DNA of 37,235 nucleotides from a virus (Duplodnaviria; Heunggongvirae; Uroviricota; Caudoviricetes): IMG/VR virus record IMGVR_UViG_2563366903_000020; one strand, 5' to 3'. Shown piece by piece: positions 36,243 to 37,235 of this stretch (position 1 is its first letter; each line of letters starts with the position of its first letter). The notes under the pieces were generated by a model. It saw only the letters and a program-made list of their open reading frames with translations, ran no database searches and was not told where the DNA came from. The position numbers and the translations under genes were made by a program.

Positions 36243-37235
36243 ATGTCGATTAAGCAACTCAAAGACGGGCGTTATAAGGTTGATGTAAGACCGCAAGGGA
36301 CGGAAGGAAAGCGGATCCGTAAGATTTTTACCCTGAAGTCAAAGGCACAGGAGTTTGAAAGGTATGTTTTGCAGAATTTCCACGATAAACCGTGGCAGGC
36401 CAAGCCAGCTGATCAGCGTCGGTTATCCGAACTGATAGATGCCTGGTGGGTGCTTGATGGCCGGAATCAGCCTTACGGGGATACTTACAGGGTCAGGCTG
36501 GAAAAAATAAACCGTGAGATGAGGGACCCCCGCGCCAGTGAGATGACGCGAAAGTTTATGCTCGGGTATCGTTCAGACAAATTACAGGCCGGATTAATGC
36601 CCTCCAGTGTTAATCGTGATTTGTGCGCCTTGTCTGCAATGTTTACCTCGCTGATTGATGCGGAGGTTTTCCATAACGAAAACCCGGTGCGTGGAATACG
36701 TAAGCTCAAGGTCAGGAATACAGAAATGGCCTTTCTTTCAGATGATGAGATTGATCGGCTGCTTGAACGACTCGAGGGGGATGCGCGTCGTGTTGCTGTT
36801 CTGTGTCTTTCCACTGGCGCAAGGTGGGGGGAAGCAGCTGGCTTACGTGGTGAGCATATCGTTGGTAACCGCGTAATGTTCTTTAACACAAAGAATGGAA
36901 AATCCCGCGCGGTTCCTGTTTCTGATACGGTGCTTTCGTTGATAAAAACCCGAAAAACCGGGCTATTGTACCAGGCTGATTACATCCGTTTTCGGGATAT
37001 CCTTCAGGAGGTGAAACCGGACTTACCCAAAGGTCAGGCGACTCACGTTATGCGTCACACGTTCGCCACGCATTTCATGATGAACGGCGGAAATATCGTT
37101 ACGTTACAGCGAATCCTTGGGCACGCCACGATTCAACAAACGATGACGTATGCGCATTTTTCACCGGACTTTTTACAGGATGCGATTAGCTTTAATCCGC
37201 TGGCTGATAGTGTCCATAAACTGTCCATTGACTAG
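36243..37235 (+). CDS. int: Tyrosine integrase (P2 Int family)
   Basis: 330 aa from ATG 36243 (GGAGG RBS); C-terminal catalytic region with R...HxxR...Y (VMRHTFATHF...TMTYAHF); stop is the last codon of the window. Confidence 0.93.
   Translation: MSIKQLKDGRYKVDVRPQGTEGKRIRKIFTLKSKAQEFERYVLQNFHDKPWQAKPADQRRLSELIDAWWVLDGRNQPYGDTYRVRLEKINREMRDPRASEMTRKFMLGYRSDKLQAGLMPSSVNRDLCALSAMFTSLIDAEVFHNENPVRGIRKLKVRNTEMAFLSDDEIDRLLERLEGDARRVAVLCLSTGARWGEAAGLRGEHIVGNRVMFFNTKNGKSRAVPVSDTVLSLIKTRKTGLLYQADYIRFRDILQEVKPDLPKGQATHVMRHTFATHFMMNGGNIVTLQRILGHATIQQTMTYAHFSPDFLQDAISFNPLADSVHKLSID

Larger units (their letters stand above)
1895..37235. mobile_element. P2-like prophage, reversed relative to the P2 map; right att site lies beyond the window; left boundary uncertain (somewhere between about 1340 and 2310)
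   Basis: Contiguous set of P2-family genes (ogr, D, FI, FII, E/E', T, U, G, H, I, J, W, V, S, R, lysis, X, L, M, N, O, P, Q, A, cox-like, C, int). Confidence 0.9.

Overview
The window opens with the complete serS gene (1-1293) and then runs into a nearly complete P2-like (Peduovirus-type) prophage, reversed relative to the conventional P2 map. An Ogr-like late activator and gpD lie next to serS; tail, baseplate, lysis and head genes fill the middle; then come the cos region, portal Q, replication initiator A and the early operon; the C-type repressor and tyrosine integrase sit at the right edge. The integrase stop is the last base of the window, so the distal att site is not visible. Departures from the P2 backbone are the main interest: (1) two tandem hok-like type I toxin loci plus a remnant of an Ogr C-terminus at the serS-proximal junction; (2) the sheath-tube-E/E'-tape measure-U block inverted relative to D-ogr; (3) a SASA/SGNH esterase (NanS-p-like) moron beside the lysis cassette; (4) an AT-rich membrane-protein gene and an SSB-like/winged-helix operon in the old/tin-equivalent position between cos and A; (5) Dam methylase, a DEDDh exonuclease, an apparently frameshifted DUF4406-like gene and an oppositely oriented membrane-protein gene inside the early operon. 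No rRNA, tRNA or CRISPR array was seen. All calls come from reading the translations and DNA by eye and from memory of protein families; no database search or folding was run, and start codons are mostly inferred from RBS spacing.
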